Part shown: positions 17,914-20,000 of the stretch, piece by piece
How positions within the stretch are numbered: the stretch's first letter is position 1
How the letters are laid out: every line of letters begins with the position of its first letter
Virus record (IMG/VR): IMGVR_UViG_3300036944_000487
Length of the DNA: 20,000 bases
Origin: an uncultured virus (IMG/VR IMGVR_UViG_3300036944_000487)
Lineage: Duplodnaviria; Heunggongvirae; Uroviricota; Caudoviricetes
Strand: one strand, 5' to 3'
Translations under genes and position numbers: made by a program
Notes under the pieces: generated by a model
What the model saw: the letters and a program-made list of their open reading frames with translations, nothing else
Databases searched by the model: none
What the model was told of the DNA's origin: nothing

Positions 17914-17935
17914 TGACCTCCGGTCATGGTGTGGA
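17914..17935 (+). promoter_or_regulatory. vRNAP-type hairpin promoter P2
   Basis: TGACC-TCC-GGTCA then TGGTGTGGA. Confidence 0.8.
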
Positions 17936-18094
17936 TGTGGTTACCTGAGTTCTGCTCAGTAGTACTCAGCGTAGGGTATGGAGAGTGGGAGAGAGTTGGG
18001 GAGATACTCAGTACTCCTGAAGTACTCTCCACCATATTCCTCCACATTCCCATACTCACATCCATTCCGATACTCAACCGATATAGGAGCACTC

Positions 18095-18334
18095 ATGCGA
18101 TTCATCGCCTTCACCCTGTCCCTCATCACCCTGGCTCTCGCCGGGTTCATGGGCTACCTGGCCTTCACCTACCTGTTCACCACAGGCTACGGCCTGCATC
18201 CCGCTATCGCAGCCTTCTGCATAGCTAGCCTGTTCTGGTGCCTCTACGTGTTCAACCGCTTCCCTTCTCTCGATGACATCGAGTGCGGGGAAGAGGAATG
18301 CGACATCACCAACGACGTTTTCAACAAGTACTAG
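18095..18334 (+). CDS. Early membrane protein (79 aa, two TM helices, acidic Cys-containing tail)
   Basis: TAGGAG SD then ATG 18095 (MRFIAFTLSLITLALAG...DDIECGEEECDITNDVFNKY). Confidence 0.8.
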   Translation: MRFIAFTLSLITLALAGFMGYLAFTYLFTTGYGLHPAIAAFCIASLFWCLYVFNRFPSLDDIECGEEECDITNDVFNKY

Positions 18335-18343
18335 GAGCCTCGC

Positions 18344-18562
18344 ATGGCCTTCCATTCGATTCCCCGCAAACCCTCAATCTGGGCAACCGTCGAGATGTCT
18401 GCTGCTTCCATGGACTTCTCTTACAGCGACTACTGCGACTTGCACGCCAAGAGCCTGAACCCTGCTGCTGTCCTCAGTGCCTCGAGCTACGCACTGATCA
18501 ACCAGATCCTCAACAACTCGATCAACGAGTCCATGTTGGCCACCGAACTCCGCACCAACTAG
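18344..18562 (+). CDS. Early hypothetical protein (72 aa)
   Basis: AGGAG SD overlapping the upstream TAG; tight operon packing. Confidence 0.8.
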   Translation: MAFHSIPRKPSIWATVEMSAASMDFSYSDYCDLHAKSLNPAAVLSASSYALINQILNNSINESMLATELRTN

Positions 18563-18571
18563 GAGCACACC

Positions 18572-18745
18572 ATGCACATCCGCCAATCCGACACCACGTA
18601 CGACGATGTCGACCATGACATCGACCTCAGCGCATCCGCTGACGAGCACCTCACCAACTACCTGATGCGTCGGGATCTCGAGCTCAGCGTGAACCCATTC
18701 GCCTACGTGGGCATGCTTGATGCACCCGACCTCAGGGCTCGCTGA
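18572..18745 (+). CDS. Early acidic hypothetical protein (57 aa, not in ORF track)
   Basis: AGGAG SD overlapping the upstream TAG; MHIRQSDTTYDDVDHDIDLSASADEHLTNYLMRRDLELSVNPFAYVGMLDAPDLRAR. Confidence 0.78.
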   Translation: MHIRQSDTTYDDVDHDIDLSASADEHLTNYLMRRDLELSVNPFAYVGMLDAPDLRAR

Positions 18746-19220
18746 TCACAGCTCCTCCAAGGCCCTGCACAGGGTCTGGATGGAGCCATCCACCCTCACA
18801 CGCTTGCGTGTACTGGCTGACCAACCAAGGTCATTCCTGGGCCGACTGGTCGTGGCCATCTGGGCATGGTCTTGACCACCCCTCTCACAAATGCTCTTCT
18901 CATCCAACTTATGGGTGAGGAGGGCATTACTACTTCACCCTATATGCACTACTGGCGTATGTGCGAACTACTGAGGTATCACATGCAACACAGAAAACAA
19001 CTCACCACAGATAAGATGTCATCTGTAGCAAAGAACAACTAGTTGTTTGGCAGTACTAGGTCACGTACATGTAACCCACTACTGCTTTAATACAGTCACT
19101 TTGAGCGGTGTAGATATACACCCCAAACAGTGGCTTCCGAGCCACCACTCCCCACGGATACAGAAACCAACCGATCACTCGGTTAGGCATCACTACGTCC
19201 TTCATTAGTTCTCACCACTG

Positions 19221-19242
19221 TGCGCTCCGCGCATGGTGTGGC
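19221..19242 (+). promoter_or_regulatory. vRNAP-type hairpin promoter P3
   Basis: TGCGC-TCC-GCGCA then TGGTGTGGC; upstream of the Drc-like gene. Confidence 0.85.
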
Positions 19243-19282
19243 AAATCCTGCCTTTCTCTTTCAACTTACTTGGAGATTCACC

Positions 19283-19567
19283 ATGGCTTTCAACCAACGC
19301 TCTGCTCCCGCTCTGGTTCCCGTTGCCCAGGACAGCAACTGGAAGGCCCAGGCTTTCATCAACCTGTACATCCCGAAGGCTGGTACGCCCGATGGGAAGA
19401 CCAAGATCGGGGCCATCCCGCTGAAGGCTGGCAACAAGTTCGAGGCCGCGATGATCGAACGCTTCAGCAAGGATCCCGAGGCCCTGAAGGCGATGCTGGC
19501 CGTCATGACGATGGACTTCCGCCTGGCTGACGATCCGAACACGCCTGCGCCTGTCCTGCCGTTCTAA
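19283..19567 (+). CDS. drc: ssDNA-binding RNAPII cofactor (N4 gp2 / LUZ7 Drc-like), 94 aa
   Basis: WKAQAFINLYIP...KIGAIPLK...MDFRL pattern as recalled for gp2/Drc homologues; early location; GGAG SD before ATG 19283. Confidence 0.75.
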   Translation: MAFNQRSAPALVPVAQDSNWKAQAFINLYIPKAGTPDGKTKIGAIPLKAGNKFEAAMIERFSKDPEALKAMLAVMTMDFRLADDPNTPAPVLPF

Positions 19568-19581
19568 GCCTCGGCTTACCT

Positions 19582-19624
19582 AGCCCCATCACTGCCCTCA
19601 CGGGTGGTGGTGGGGCTTCGTTTT
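19582..19624 (+). terminator. Rho-independent terminator after the Drc-like gene
   Basis: AGCCCCATCACTGCCC-TCAC-GGGTGGTGGTGGGGCT (16 bp with three G-U pairs) followed by TCGTTTT. Confidence 0.8.
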
Positions 19625-19717
19625 GTACACACACAACTCTCCTTGCCTGCCTCTCAGCAGACGAGGAGGAAACCCCAGCCAAGACAGTCGAGTTCATCCC
19701 ATCAGTAGAGGTCAGCC

Positions 19718-19739
19718 TGGACTCCGTCCATGGTGTGGC
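19718..19739 (+). promoter_or_regulatory. vRNAP-type hairpin promoter P4
   Basis: TGGAC-TCC-GTCCA then TGGTGTGGC. Confidence 0.82.
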
Positions 19740-19762
19740 GTTTGCCGTAACTGGAGAACCAG

Positions 19763-20000
19763 ATGATTGAATTCAGACTGATCGTTGCAGGTGGGCGCGA
19801 CTTCAAGGACTACCTCCTGCTGCTGGACTCAGTGACCCAGCTGGCCATGACCACGTACGCACAATACCAAGTTAGCATCGTCAGTGGCATGGCACCTGGT
19901 GCTGATCGACTGGCAGTGCAGTTCGCTAAGCGGCATGAAGTGCAGCTGTACGAGTTCCCTGCGGACTGGGATGGCTATGGAAAAGCTGCAGGCTTCATAC
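19763..20000 (+). CDS. SLOG-family (YspA/DUF2493-like) protein, truncated at the window end
   Basis: Translated by hand: MIEFRLIVAGGRDFKDY...IVSGMAPGADRLAVQFAK...FPADWDGYGKAAGFI. Shows the GGRDF, SGxAxGAD and PADW...GKAAG signatures; GGAG SD. Confidence 0.88.
   Translation, partial: MIEFRLIVAGGRDFKDYLLLLDSVTQLAMTTYAQYQVSIVSGMAPGADRLAVQFAKRHEVQLYEFPADWDGYGKAAGFI

Noticed and set aside
17406..18228. ORF-track starts at 17406, 17492, 17926 and 17978
   Set aside because: They run through promoters and hairpins and lack SD sites; the downstream ATGs at 17586 and 18095 have strong SDs.
19130..19145. GTGGCT-TCCG-AGCCAC (and TAAGCC-TC-GGCTTA at 19565) as extra vRNAP promoters
   Set aside because: The loop is not C-TCC-G and the ATGGTGTGG tail is absent.
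17530..19739. The repeated ATGGTGTGG elements as a CRISPR-like array
   Set aside because: Spacing is irregular (hundreds of bases to more than 1 kb), genes lie between copies, and there are no cas genes; promoters explain them.

Overview
This window is part of an N4-like (Schitoviridae) podovirus genome, identified from remembered family motifs and gene order, with no database search run. Bases 1-17315 hold the late/morphogenesis module, almost all on the minus strand. In transcription order it reads: gp69-like protein, a stand-alone lytic transglycosylase, terminase large subunit, gp67-like adaptor, portal, gp58- and gp57-like proteins, major capsid protein, gp55/54/53/52/51-like virion proteins, a small membrane protein, and the start of a gene running off the window that by position is the virion RNA polymerase. 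Between gp67 and the portal, where coliphage N4 has lysis and tail genes, there is instead an opposite-strand cassette: dUTPase, a VanZ/YfiM-like membrane protein and a polysaccharide-lyase-like protein. After about 17400 the coding strand switches to plus for the early region, so the window probably spans the joined genome ends. The early region has small ORFs, a Drc/gp2-like RNAPII cofactor and a SLOG protein. The clearest non-coding signal is four hairpin promoters with covarying stems (stem-C-TCC-G-stem-ATGGTGTGG). Other notable items are a TACTC-rich structured leader, a roughly 450-nt hairpin-dense non-coding tract and an approximately 85-aa insertion in the capsid protein. None of these is a demonstrably new system; they are variants on N4 biology plus several unexplained non-coding elements.
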